From Macrostomum lignano (Eukaryota), in NCBI GenBank assembly GCA_002269645.1, contig NIVC01000386.1, positions 186,001 through 250,000 of the forward strand: DNA of 64,000 bases. The letters run 5' to 3'. Under the pieces are notes generated by a model. The model was not told where the DNA came from. It saw only the letters and a program-made list of their open reading frames with translations, and made no database searches. This document shows, in pieces, positions 25,771-38,354 of this stretch. Each line of letters begins with the position of its first letter. Position 1 is the first letter of the stretch. A program made the position numbers and the translations under genes.

Positions 25771-26423
25771 GCAACAGGGCCAATAATAAAAGACCCTTTC
25801 TTGTACTACAAAATTTTAGTCTTCTGTATGCCAACAGCTACATTATACACTGAGTCTGTGGCACAATTTTCTGGTAGATCATTCTGTATGCCAAATAATA
25901 GGTATATTTATGCTCGTAAAAAGATCATTAGAGCTGTTGTTTTTTTGGGTGAGTGAAGCAGTAGAAGTGAATGATAGTTGCTAATTTTAAAGTTTTTGTG
26001 AAAGAAACTCTTGAGGGTTATGCACTCAAGCAATTGAGAGTTTTGATGCAATGTGCATGTAGTGTAGCTGGGATGGTAGTGATTTAAGTTCAGATTAATG
26101 TTTCTACTAGAAAATGAAAAGGGGAACAAGCACATTGTGCCAAATTACAGAGCCACCCCCTGAGGTCTTTGCCTTCTAGAATCTTTCCCCCTTTAACAAA
26201 TTTGTTTAACAATTTGTTGGCACACAATTTGCCTTTACTATTTAGCTTCAGAATTTTCGTTTATTAAAGTTAATATTATGTCTCCTTAATGGTTACTAAA
26301 GCAGACCATATTTTATATTCCATATTTTGCATAATAGCTTGCACAGGTGGCATCTGAACTGAAATAGAAGCTTTTTATATAAAAAGCAAATCGGAATTTT
26401 TTACTAAAGTCTAGGAAAGTGCA

Positions 26424-29400
26424 ATGATGATGACTCAGCAGTTGTGCAATTTAAATCCCTTCATGCTTCCCTGGCGCCAGTGGGCGCCTGCGGCAGCATC
26501 AATGCTGCGCCTGGCAGCGCCGCCTTCAGGCCATGCATTTTTCTTCCGGCTTCAATTGCTGCTCCTTCTGCTTCTGCTAGCCGTCTGGGCCAGTTTTCCC
26601 CGGCCGTCTGGCAGCGTCTACGAGCAACTGCTGCGGGACAGCCTCGGCCGGACGGTCTATCCGGACAGTGGCGGCCGCTACCGGGCCTGGATGCCCGCCT
26701 CCGAGCGGCTGCGCTACCGCCGCCTCGTCCGGGACATGTTCGCCTTCGGCTACGACGGCTACATGCGCCACGCCTTCCCGGCCGACGAGCTGAACCCCAT
26801 CCTGTGCCGCGGCCGGGGCCCCGACCGCGCCAACCCGGACAACATCAACATCAACGACGTGCTTGGCGACTACTCGCTGGGCCTGGTAGACAGCCTCACC
26901 ACCTTGGCTGTGGTTGGCAATGTCAGCGAGTTCAGGCGGGCAGTCAGCCTGCTAGCTGACAGACTGAGCTTTGATACTAACAGTACTGTGCAGACATTCG
27001 AGGCTGGGATTCGAGTGCTCGGCGGACTGCTCAGCGCCCACCTGCTGGCCACGGACAGGTGAAGTTTGTTTTTTTAAAATGGGTCTTTCAACCATTGACA
27101 AATTTTAGTGACCCAAATATCACTGACCCAGCTGACCCAAATATCACTGACCCAAAAAGCTTACTGACCCAGCTGACCCAAAGCCCATTGACCCAAGCTT
27201 ACTGACCCAGCTGACCTAAGCTTACTGACCCAGTTGACCCAAGCTTACTGACTTTGCTGACCCAATCGACCCAAGCATACTGACCCAGATGACTTAAGCT
27301 TACTGACCCAGATGACTTAAGCTTACTGACCCAGCTGACCCAAGCTTACTGACCCAGTTGACCCAAGCTTACTGACCCAGATGACTCAAGCTTACTGACC
27401 CAGCTGACCCAAGCTTACTGACTTTGCTGACTCAATCGACCCAAGCATACTGACCCAGATGACTTAAGCTTACTGACCCAGATGACTCAAGCTTACTGAC
27501 CCAGCTGACCCAAGCTTACTGACCCAGCTGACCCAAGCTTACTGTACTGTAGAAATGAAAAGACTGATGGTCCGCCAAACTATTTTGGAGCTGAGGCTCA
27601 AGCGAGACGCTAACAAAACGAAAAGCGTAAACCGTACACAGGGCTAATAAGCCCTCTCGATGATATATATATTGCAGTCAGTCAGAATCAGCCAGCGTGG
27701 AGGGGGGTGGGTGAGATGGGCCTGGGCTAAATCAGCGTACATAGAAAATTGAATAATAAACACGTACGTACATTAAATCACGCAGTGGAATTGGAAAGAA
27801 AATCAATGCTACTAATCTACCTCCCAAACATACCCCCCACCTTGGCATAACAATGACAAAAAACTATTCGAGGGATGAAACAATTAAAACGAATACGGTA
27901 TTAGGAAAATATTCGAAAACGATGCGTGATGCAAAATCAAACTCAAAAAGCAAAAAAGCAACGTTGCATGAAAAATAATGGCGACATTGTGACGGGTAGA
28001 AAATTAGATGACAATAAGTACGCAGATCGTAGATGACAATCAAAAATTTTGCAAGAGTACGTCAGCTGTCAAGTAAAATTTCAAAATTAAATACGAAAGC
28101 AAATTACCGCCACCACCAACCGCAACTGAAATAAAAACTGAAGCAAAAAATTATAAGCATTGGGCTATCAAAAGGTCGTAACTAGCGCAGAAACTATGGT
28201 ACTTCTAAGCGAACAAAATCAAGCAATGTTAAGTAGAGCTCAAAGAATGCAAACATCGCTCGTAAAAAACTCAAAAAAACGCAAAAGACAAACTTGCCGA
28301 CAAATTCACTAAACCGTAACGACTGCTGTTCAGCAAAATTCACGCAAGAACACAAATATTGATAGCTAAATAATGAATGTTTATCGCGTTGAACACTGAA
28401 AACGAAAATTGGGTTAAGACGGCAAAAACAGGGTGATTCCTATTGGCATGAAAGGGAAAGAAGACTTTACGAACAATGCAAAAAACAGGAAAATTGAACA
28501 ACTCATCAGAAAAATTGCAAAACCTGACAAAGTCTAATTCTCTAACAAAAGTTTGCAAACTAACCTGACGATATTGGACACAACTTTGATATTGGTCTCG
28601 TCATTGTGCGATCACCGACTCTGATTGTGGCGACTCTCACGTGCCCGTCAGGACCGCGCATGACGTCCAGCACGCGAGCCAGCGGCCAGTGACCCCGAGG
28701 CGAGTCCGGGCTCACCAGCAGCGCCACGTCTCCAGGTTGTAGGTCAGGCAGCTCGCGGCGCCACTTGCTCCGCGGTGCGAGTCCCGGCAGCCACTCGCGC
28801 AACCACCGGCGCCAGATCTGCGACACCAGCTGCTGGACGTGACGCCATCTTCTTGAAGGACTGCGGGCGATGGCAGCGTCGACCTTCGGTGCAAACTTCC
28901 CGCCGACTTGCCCGATGAGGAAGTGATTCGGCGTCAGCGGCACATCATCAGCCGGATGCGCTGTCTGGTACGTCAGCGGCCTTGAATTAAGAAGTGCCTC
29001 CACTCCAGCAAACGCGCTTAGCAGCTCCTCATCGGTGACGTCCGTCTCCCTCAGAATTGACCAGATTGACTGCCAAAGCTCCTGCATCAGAATCTTCGCC
29101 TGCACGACAAACGGGGAGATCAATCCAAGTGGATCAAAGACACTCGCTAGCTTTGTCAGCAAACTCCTTCTTGTGGTCACCTGATACGACTCGTTTTCGT
29201 CTTTAAAAGTAAATTCGTCCTGCTCACTCTGCCACGTGATACCCAGTGTCTTGGTGCTTGGTAGTTCTTTGCTGTTCAAATTAACTTCTGCTGCACGGTC
29301 TTCAGGTGGGATTCTATCGAGCACAGCTCTCGAGTTCGAGACCCACTTGCGCGCGTGCATGCCGGCGCGCCTCCAGAGCTCACTGAGTTGATCGTACAGC

Positions 29401-32400
29401 CTGCAGGCGGCTGCCTCGGTGGGCGCAGAGTCCAGGCTGTCATCCATATAGGTAGAGTGCAGTACTGTCTCGGCCGCCTCTGGAAGCTCACCTTTTAACT
29501 TTTCAGCATGGCAGCGGGTAACGAACTGTGCCAAGAAAGGAGAGCTGGTGACGCCGAACACCACTCTGTTGAACTCGTAGACATCCGGTTGCTTTGAAGG
29601 ATCGGCGTCCCGCCAAAGGAAACTGTGCAGCGGCCTGTCCTTCGGGTCCATTTCGATCTGGAGATACATTTCCGCTACGTCGCATGCGATCGCAATCGGG
29701 TGTCGGCGGAACCGAAGCAGCACGTCAACCAAATCCCTCTGCAGTTTGGGGCCCTGGAGGATCTGGTCGTTCAATCTGGCAGCCGATGCATCAAAGACTA
29801 TCCGCACTTTTGTTGTAGCCTTGTCTGGCCGCAGCACTGGGAAGTGCGGCAGGAAACAGCGGCCTTCAGTCTCAGCTTGCGACACTTTTCGGATATAACC
29901 TTGCGGTTCATACTTTTCAAGGATCTCCTGATACTGCTTGCAGACGTTCATTTCCTTAATCAGCCGCTGTTCGGTGTTCTTTAGTCGCTTCAAGGCCATT
30001 GAGAAAGTGCCTGCTGGAGCCAGCCGATCCTTTTTCCATGGAATCCCGATCTGGTAACGGCCCTTCGTGTACTTTAGCGACGACTTGGCTTGCTGGACGG
30101 CTCTCTCCTCATCGGCGGTCAGCGGACTTCGATTGGCACCTTCTGAGACGTTCTCGATCTCCCAAAACTGCCGCAGGATCTTAGCCACCTGACCAGATTC
30201 GGAATCGCAGCTGAAGAAAGTGGCAGCGAAATGGGCGTTCTGCATCTCAGAATTGTCCTGCTCTGTGCGACCGATGCACGTCCAACCCAGGGGAGTCAGG
30301 CGCGCCTTTGGCTCCAGCGGCTGTCCGACGATTTCTTTGAGAGACACGTGAAGATCCGGGTGATCAGCACCAATCAGCAAGTCCACTACTGCAGGCTCAC
30401 ACAGCTTCGGAAACGGCACATTTCTCAGATGAGGCCACTGCTGCGCTTCTTCGTGCCAGTCGACGCCTTTGAGGGACCCAGTCACGTGATCAGCGGTGAA
30501 GGCGACGATCATTGAGCTGGTCTGACCATCCAGACTTTCCAAGCTAAAGCAGACTGGGGCTGTCATGAAGGTCTCTGTTTGGCCATTGATGACTCCGACT
30601 TTCACCTTTTCGAGCGCTCCATGCACTCCAAGCGCTTCTGCTATCCCGATGTTGACGTAGCTCCTGGTACTGGCATCGTCGAGCAAGGCGTTCACCTTCA
30701 GCTTCCGGGACCCGTTCCGTAAGACTACAGGCACCGTTCGTAACGAGATTGCCGTTTCACCAGCCGACAGAAGCGTCACCGGTCCAGTCTTTCCTGAACT
30801 AGAAGCGGATTTAGCGTCCTTGGATGCAGTCTGCTTCGCTTCACCAGACTTGGCCAACGCTTTTTCTGCATGAAGCAAGCGATGGTGGAACTTTATGCAG
30901 CTGTTGATGCCGCACCGACGACCGCGCCGACATTGGCTGCCAAGATGTCCTTGGCCCAAGCACCGGAAACAACACTTCGAGCTCTGCGCCGCGTCCCAGC
31001 GTTTTTCCACCGGAAGCTCCTTGAAATCACTGCAGGACTACAGCTCGTGATCACCTTGACAAACAATGCAAATCTTTCGCTGTACCTTCTTGTCAGTGTC
31101 AGACAAGAAGCAAAGTCTTTGGTCGCTGCTCTCGCTTTTGACGCTCCTGCTGCATGGTGGCAACGCCCTGCACAATCTCTGACGCTTCAGTCTGAAACTC
31201 TGCTTCTTGCAGCACCCAAATTCTCAGATTTCTAACACTCTCCGGCTTCCGCTGCTCAAAGATCCACCTCCGGTAGCTGGCAACCATCTGCTCAGGCAAC
31301 TTTTTCTGCAGCCTCACATACAACATCCCATCTTGAAGCTCTGCCTCTTTACCCGCATCCTCAAGGTTAACGACAGCCACATCCAGTAGATTAGCAAAGC
31401 TTTTCAGATCCTTGGCGTTTCCATTTCGCACGATCGGGAAGCTGTCCAGCTCTTCCAAGTGCAGAGCAAGTTGCCTACGCTGTCCACCAAATTCTCTCTC
31501 TAGTCTCTCTTTTGCAGCCTCATATGCAGCAGCGGAGTGTCCTAGATGTTCTATAACCTTCAAAGCTTCACCGCTGAGGTACTGCCTAAGCTGCAGCAAC
31601 TTGAATTCTGGTGTTGCAGGGGCGCTGTCGATGCACGCAACAAAGGCTGCCTTCCAGTTTTCATACTTCTGCTTTTCTCCACTAAACGTTGGGATTTCAA
31701 CACGCTTCAGCATCTTCCACAAATCCTTTGAAAGCTCCTTCGGGTTGGATCCTTTGCTGGACGCAGCACTGCCAGAAAGTTTGTCTAACTCACCAGCTGC
31801 TTCTTCTTGTTCACCCGCAGCGTTCTCACCGCTTGAACTCGCGGCAGGAGGGGCTTCTTGGGCGCGCTGCAATCCCCGGTTTCTGGAACTTTCGACGCGC
31901 TGAATGGCAGCTTGGTAGTCGCGCTCAGTCTCCTCCATCTCTTCTAGTAGGCGTTGTCGCCTCTCGTTGTCCTTGGCGTCGGCGTAGCCTTGATGCAGTT
32001 CTTCCTGGATGGCGCTGACCAGGTCCTGCAGGTCGGATAGAGCATTGCAGGTAGCTTGCACTTCGTCATCAGAGGCGCGCGTCTTTAGCAGCCAAGACAG
32101 CTTGTTTTTGCAACGAGTGAACGCTGCTTTTTTTCGGGATTTCTCGAAGCGCAGCTTCTCTAAACGCAGCGCGCCGGCATCGTCTTGGGCTTCCTGTTGT
32201 TGTTCATTGGCGTCGTCACTGTCCATCTTGGTCCTTCGTTTCACAGTAGGATTCTATTGCTTGCCACGTCAGTGGTAAGTTAGGCTTGTCCAACCACGCT
32301 CTGCTACCAAAATGTACTGTAGAAATGAAAAGACCGATGGTCCGCCAAACTATTTTGGAGCTGAGGCTCAAGCGAGACGCTAACAAAACGAAAAGCGTAA

Positions 32401-35400
32401 ACCGTACACAGGGCTAATAAGCCCTCTCGATGATATATATATTGCAGTCAGTCAGAATCAGCCAGCGTGGAGGGGGGTGGGTGAGATGGGCCTGGGCTAA
32501 ATCAGCGTACATAGAAAATTGAATAATAAACACGTACGTACATTAAATCACGCAGTGGAATTGGAAAGAAAATCAATGCTACTAATCTACCTCCCAAACA
32601 CTTACTGACTTGGCTGACCCAATCGACCCAAGCATACTGACCCAGATGACTCAAGCTTACTGACCCAGCTGACTCAAGCTTACTGACCCAGCTGACTCAA
32701 GCTTACTGACCCAGCTGACTCAAGCTTACTGACCCAGCTGACCAAGCTTAATGACCCAGCTGACCAAGCTTACTGACCCAGTTGACTCAAGCTTACTGAC
32801 CCAGTTGACCCAAGCATACTGACCCAGCTGACTCAAGCTTACTGACCCAGCTGACCAAGCTTACTGACCCAGTTGACTCAAGCTTACTGACCCAGCTGAC
32901 CAAGCTTACTGACCCCGTTGACACAACCTTACTAACCTGGCTGACCTCAGATCCCATCCCGATGCACTGCAGCCGGCTGCCGGAGCTCCGCATCCCAGGC
33001 TACGGCGATCAGCTTCTGCTGCTCGCCCGCGACCTCGCCAACCGTCTGCTGGTCGCCTTCGACCGCTCGCCCACCGGCATCCCGCATCCCAGGGTGCACC
33101 TGCAGCGCGGAGTCCCCGAGGGCGGCCGGCTGGACACCAACCTGGCCGGCGCCGGCTCCCTGCTGCTGGAGTTCGCCACTGTCGGCCGGCTGGTCGGCGA
33201 CCCCACCTTCGAGGGCGCGGCCAGGCGCGCCGTCTCCGCTCTGTGGGACCTCCGGTCTCGCGTCACCGGCCTGCTGGGCAGCTCGTTGAACCTCACCGAT
33301 GGCCGTTGGCTGCACGAAGGCCTCTCGGGCCTCGGCGCCGGGTCGGACAGCTTCTACGAGATCCTGTTGAAGTCGGCCGTCTATCTGGACGACCCGCAGC
33401 TTGGCGCCCTGTTCTCCCAGTCCATGGACAGCGTGGCCTGGCACCAGCGGGCTGGCCGGACTGACTGCCTGAACGGCCTCGGCCAGCACCCGATCTGGCT
33501 CAATACGGAGGTGCGCACCGGGCACCTGGCAAACAGCTGGTGCGATGCGCTGCAGGTGCGCTGGGCGGCTTTTAAGCTAGATTTAATTAGTTTGTTCCCA
33601 TCTAAACACCCCCAATCTCCATATAAAATCACCCTCAAATTCCCCATCAAGAATCGCCCCAATCCCCATCAAGAATTACTCCAATCCCCATCAAGAATTA
33701 CTCCAATCCCCATCAAGAATTACTCCAATCCCCATCAAGAATTACTCCAATCCCCATCAAGAATTACTCCAATCCCCATCAAGAATCGCCCCAATCCCCA
33801 TCAAGAATCGCCCCAATCCCCATCTAGAATTACTCCAATCCCCATCAAGAATTACTCCAATCCCCATCAAGAATTACTCCAATCCCCATCAAGAATTACT
33901 CCAATCCCCATCAAGAATCGCCCCAATCCCCATCAAGAATCGCCCCAATCCCCATCTAGAATTACTCCAATCCCCATCAAGAATCGCCCCCAATCCCCAT
34001 CAAGAATCGCCCCAATCCCCATCTAGAATTACTCCAATCCCCATCAAGAATTACTCCAATCCCCATCAAGAATAGCTCCAATCCCCATCAAGAATCGCCC
34101 CAATCCCCATCAAGAATAGCTCCAATCCCCATCAAGAATAGCTCCAATCCCCATCAAGAATCGCCCCAATCCCCATCAAGAATCGCCCCAATCCCCATCA
34201 AGAATCGCTCCAATCCCCATCAAGAATCGCTCCAATCCCCATCAAGAATAGCTCCAATCCCCATCAAGAATCGCCACAATTCCCATCAAGAATCGCCACA
34301 ATGCCCATCAAGAATCGCCACAATCAATGCCCATCAAGAATCGCCCCAAACTCCATCAAGAATCGCCCCAATCCCCATCGAGAATCACCCCACCGCCCGC
34401 AGGCCAGCTGGGGGGCGGTTCTGCTGCTGGCGGGCCGCCTGGACGAGGCCATCTGTCTGCACGCGTACTTCGCCAACCTGATGCACCGCTACAAGCTGCT
34501 GCCGGAGCGGTTCAACTGGCGCCACCGGCAGCCGGAGGTTCTGTTCAGCCCTCTGCGGCCGGAGCTGGCCGAGACCAACTACTTCCTGTACCGAGCCACC
34601 GGCAATCATTTCTTCCTGCACGTGGGCGCCGCCATGGTGGACAATCTCAATAAGTTAGTGGCAGCTCGCACGCGCAGTGTTCGTAAAATCTGAGAGAGCA
34701 GTGACTAGACGTGTGAGTGAGCAGTGAATAGGTCAAAGAGTGAACAGTGAATAGGTGAGTGAGAAAACAGTGAATAAGGTGAGTGAGTGAAAAGTGAATA
34801 GGTAAGTGAGTGAGCAGTGAATACATGAGTGATTGAGAAGTGAATTAGGTGAGTGAGTGAGAAGTGAATAGGTGAGTGAGTGAGCAGTGAATAAGCGAGT
34901 GATTGAGAAGTAATTAGGTGAGTGATTGAGAAGTGAATAGGTGAGTGAGTGAGCAGTGAATAAGCGAGTGATTGAGAAGTGAATAGGTGAGTGATTGAGA
35001 AGTGAATAGGTGAGTGAGTGAGCAGTGAATAAGCGAGTGATTGAGAAGTGAATAGGTGAGTGATTGAGAAGTGAATAGGTGAGTGATTGAGAAGTGAATA
35101 GGTGAGTGATTGAGAAGTGAATAGGTGAGTGATTGAGAAGTGAATAGGTGAGTGAGTGTGAAGTGAATAAGCGAGTGATTGAGAAGTGAATAGGTGAGTG
35201 ATTGAGAAGTGAATAGGTGAGTGATTGAGAAGTGAATAGGTGAGTGAGTGAGCAGTGAATAAGCGAGTGATTGAGAAGTGAATAGGTGAGTGATTGAGAA
35301 GTGAATAGGTGAGTGATTGAGAAGTGAATAGGTGAGTGATTGAGAAGTGAATAGGTGAGTGAGTGAGAAGTGAATAGGTGAGTGAGTGTGAAGTGAATAG

Positions 35401-36730
35401 GTGAGTGATTGAGAAGTGAATAGGTGAGTGAGTGAGCAGTGAATAGGTGAGTGAGTGTGAAGTGAATAAGCGAGTGATTGAGAAGTGAATAGGTGAGTGA
35501 TTGAGAAGTGAATAGGTGAGTGATTGAGAAGTGAATAGGTGAGTGAGTGAGCAGTGAATAAGCGAGTGATTGAGAAGTGAATAGGTGAGTGATTGAGAAG
35601 TGAATAGGTGAGTGATTGAGAAGTGAATAGGTGAGTGAGTGAGAAGTGAATAGGTGAGTGAGTGTGAAGTGAATAGGTGAGTGATTGAGAAGTGAATAGG
35701 TGAGTGAGTGAGCAGTGAATAGGTGAGTGAGTGTGAAGTGAATAGGTGAGTGATTGAGAAGTGAATAGGTGAGTGAGTGAGAAGTGAATAGGTGAGTGAG
35801 TGTGAAGTGAATAGGTGAGTGATTGAGAAGTGAATAGGTGAGTGATTGAGAAGTGAATAGGTGAGTGATTGAGAAGTGAATAGGTGAGTGAGTGTGAAGT
35901 GAATAGGTGAGTGATTGAGAAGTGAATAGGTGAGTGAGTGAGCAGTGAATAAGCGAGTGATTGAGAAGTGAATAGGTGAGTGATTGAGAAGTGAATAGGT
36001 GAGTGATTGAGAAGTGAATAGGTGAGTGAGTGAGCAGTGAATAAGCGAGTGATTGAGAAGTGAATAGGTGAGTGATTGAGAAGTGAATAGGTGAGTGATT
36101 GAGAAGTGAATAGGTGAGTGATTGAGAAGTGAATAGGTGAGTGATTGAGAAGTGAATAGGTGAGTGAGTGTGAAGTGAATAGGTGAGTGATTGAGAAGTG
36201 AATAGGTGAGTGATTGAGAAGTGAATAGGTGAGTGAGTGTGAAGTGAATAGGTGAGTGATTGAGAAGTGAATAGGTGAGTGAGTGTGAAGTGAATATGAG
36301 TTGGTGTCAATCGCTAACGCTACTAACAGTAGTTTACAATACCCGCCGCATCTGCAGATACGCCAAATCCACCTGCGGCTACGCCACCCTGCACAATGTG
36401 CACAACCTCACCGACCTGGAGGACAGGCAGGAGTCCTTCTTCTTAGCCGAGACCGTCAAGTATCTGTACCTGCTGTTTGACGAGACCAACTGGGCCAACC
36501 GCATGGAGACCGACCTCATCTTTACCACCGAGGGCCACCCGCTGTCCATCGCCAGGTTTCGCAGTCTGGCGAGGCCGGCCGGCTTTGACTTCAACGCAAC
36601 GCCTCCGGCTGCTGGCTGGTCTGGTGGCGCGTGCCACAATTTCAACTCGGACAGGCGGCTCAGACATCTGCTGCCGCTGAGCACTGCTCAGTGGGTTGAG
36701 CTGGACAGGGCAACTGGGTTATCGGACTGA
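26424..36730 (+). CDS. EDEM1: ER degradation-enhancing alpha-mannosidase-like protein 1 (GH47). Exons 26424-27058, 32973-33555, 34403-34653, 36358-36730
   Basis: [65 protein letters not shown] and FTTEGH are colinear with EDEM1. All three introns are GT-AG and phase-consistent. Exact start codon uncertain. Confidence 0.95.
27110..27542. repeat. CTGACCCA-based minisatellite (CTTACTGACCCAGCTGACCCAAG), left part, EDEM1 intron 1
   Basis: Directly visible; continues at 32601-32945 after the LTR element. Confidence 0.95.
28560..31010 (-). pseudogene. BEL/Pao pol remnant: zinc knuckle, aspartic protease, RT; RNase H/integrase core deleted in frame
   Basis: [33 protein letters not shown] and LASVFDPLG are joined directly to [10 protein letters not shown]...[10 protein letters not shown]...GHWPLARV. 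An in-frame TAG lies just upstream in the zinc-finger region. Confidence 0.9.
31099..32244 (-). CDS. BEL/Pao gag-like protein (DUF1759-type region)
   Basis: [23 protein letters not shown]...[13 protein letters not shown] is typical of Pao gag. Out of frame with pol by an apparent 1-nt shift near 31110. Confidence 0.85.
   Translation of the reverse strand: MKRRTKMDSDDANEQQQEAQDDAGALRLEKLRFEKSRKKAAFTRCKNKLSWLLKTRASDDEVQATCNALSDLQDLVSAIQEELHQGYADAKDNERRQRLLEEMEETERDYQAAIQRVESSRNRGLQRAQEAPPAASSSGENAAGEQEEAAGELDKLSGSAASSKGSNPKELSKDLWKMLKRVEIPTFSGEKQKYENWKAAFVACIDSAPATPEFKLLQLRQYLSGEALKVIEHLGHSAAAYEAAKERLEREFGGQRRQLALHLEELDSFPIVRNGNAKDLKSFANLLDVAVVNLEDAGKEAELQDGMLYVRLQKKLPEQMVASYRRWIFEQRKPESVRNLRIWVLQEAEFQTEASEIVQGVATMQQERQKREQRPKTLLLV
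32292..32309 (-). promoter_or_regulatory. Primer-binding site complementary to the initiator tRNA-Met 3' end (TGGTAGCAGAGCGTGGTT)
   Basis: Lies 3 nt inside the 5' LTR; resembles the reverse complement of metazoan tRNAiMet ...CUCUGCUACCA. Confidence 0.8.
32601..32945. repeat. Right part of the CTGACCCA minisatellite in EDEM1 intron 1
   Basis: Same unit as 27110-27542. Confidence 0.95.
33640..34392. repeat. 22-bp minisatellite (CCCCATCAAGAATTACTCCAAT / CCCCATCAAGAATCGCCCCAAT), EDEM1 intron 2
   Basis: Directly visible tandem array running up to the acceptor. Confidence 0.95.
34715..36300. repeat. 23-bp minisatellite (GAATAGGTGAGTGATTGAGAAGT), ~65-70 copies, EDEM1 intron 3
   Basis: Directly visible tandem array. 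Confidence 0.97.
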
Positions 36731-36749
36731 GTCGCTGCCTTGGATCGCT

Positions 36750-37792
36750 GAGTGACGAGGCCACTTGACCGAGTGACTGGGCTGCCTGACAGAGTGACTG
36801 GGCTACCTGACCGAGTGACTAGGCTACCTGACAGAGTGACTAGGCTACCTGACAGAGGGACTGGGATACCTGACCGAGTGACTAGGCTACTTGACAGAGT
36901 GACTGGGCTACCTGACAGAGTGACTGGGATACCTGACCGAGTGACTAGGCTACTTGACAGAGTGACTGGGCTACCTGACAGAGTGACTGGGATACCTGAC
37001 CGAGTGACTAGGCTACCTGACAGAGTGACTGGGCTACCTGACAGAGTGACTGGGCTACCTGACAGAGTGACTGGGCTACCTGACCGAGTGACTAGGCTAC
37101 CTGACAGAGTGACTGGGCTACCTGACAGAGTGACTGGGCTACCTGACAGAGTGACTAGGCTACCTGACAGAGTGACTGGGCTACCTGACAGAGTGACTAG
37201 GCTACCTGACAGAGTGACTGGGCTACCTGACAGAGTGACTGGGCTACCTGACCGAGTGACTGGGCTACCTGACAGAGTGACTGGGCTACCTGACAGAGTG
37301 ACTGGGCTACCTGACAGAGTGACTGGGCTACCTGACAGAGTGACTGGGCTACCTGACCGAGTGACTGGGATATCTGACAGAGTGACTAGGCTACCTGACA
37401 GAGTGACTGGGCTACCTGACCGAGTGACTAGGCTACCTGACAGAGTGACTGGGATACCTGACAGAGTGACTAGGCTACCTGACAGTGACTAGGCTACCTG
37501 ACAGTGACTAGGCTACCTGACAGTGACTGGGCTACCTGACAGAGTGACTGGGATATCTGACAGAGTGACTAGGCTACCTGACAGAGTGACTGGGCTACCT
37601 GACAGAGTGCCTAGGCTACCTGACAGTGACTAGGCTATCTGACAGTGACTAGGCTACCTGACAGAGTGACTGGGCTATCTGACAGAGTGACTAGGCTACC
37701 TGACAGTGACTAGGCTACCTGACAGTGACTAGGCTACCTGACAGAGGGACTAGGCTATCTGACAGAGTGACTGGGCTACCTGACAGAGTGAC
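36750..37792. repeat. 21-bp minisatellite (GAGTGACTGGGCTACCTGACA) immediately after the EDEM1 stop
   Basis: Directly visible tandem array. Confidence 0.97.
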
Positions 37793-38354
37793 AATTTATT
37801 ATTTAACAGACAAAGTGGCAGGTGCCTGATCGCCCAGCAACTGAGACGTGCCTGTTTACTTACAAAGCAAAATACGCTTGCCACTCATTGTGCGCTCCTC
37901 CCCGCTATATCGTGTGCCAAATCAGCCAATATCTGATCACTGCTGTGCTTACTCGCGCCTAAATAAGCTCTAATGCTCAAGTGTGATCGATTTTGCGCTG
38001 CAGATTCTGTCCGCCTGTCCATCCACCTGATCTCCCTGCCTTGGTGTTTCTTTTCCGTGTTGGATTTTGTTCCTAAAACTGTTCCACGTGCCAAGCAAGT
38101 TTGCCAGCCGGCCAAGTATTCTCCATGCTGACCGCTGAGTCTTCCCGGCCCCGGTCAGCATCTGCTGATACAATGACTGTTCAATCTGATGCTAGCCAAC
38201 TATTTGATTTCAATCTATTCTTGTTATTATAATGCCTATGAAGAAGAGTTTGCACTATTATAGTCTATGCGAATTGCCTTGCTGAGTTGTTATTGATCAT
38301 AAGCCTTTGTTTGTCTTTGAGTCACCTCTCAATTTCTGCATGATTATTCGTAGC

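Larger units (their letters stand above)
27543..32600 (-). mobile_element. BEL/Pao LTR retrotransposon, young, internally deleted
   Basis: 288-bp LTRs (27543-27830, 32313-32600; TG..CA; one mismatch seen); 5-bp TSD CTTAC; PBS next to the 5' LTR; PPT AAGGTGGGGGG. Domain order gag, zinc knuckle, protease, RT (YMDD), RNase H start, integrase C-terminus. Confidence 0.97.

Noticed and set aside
32947-33525. Antisense ORFs over GC-rich exons (also 7546-8013, 39954-40475, 45675-46040)
   Set aside because: Shadow ORFs expected from high GC3 codon bias on the coding strand.
34733-37492. 525-aa and 246-aa repeat ORFs
   Set aside because: They coincide exactly with 23-bp and 21-bp arrays in an intron and after the EDEM1 stop.
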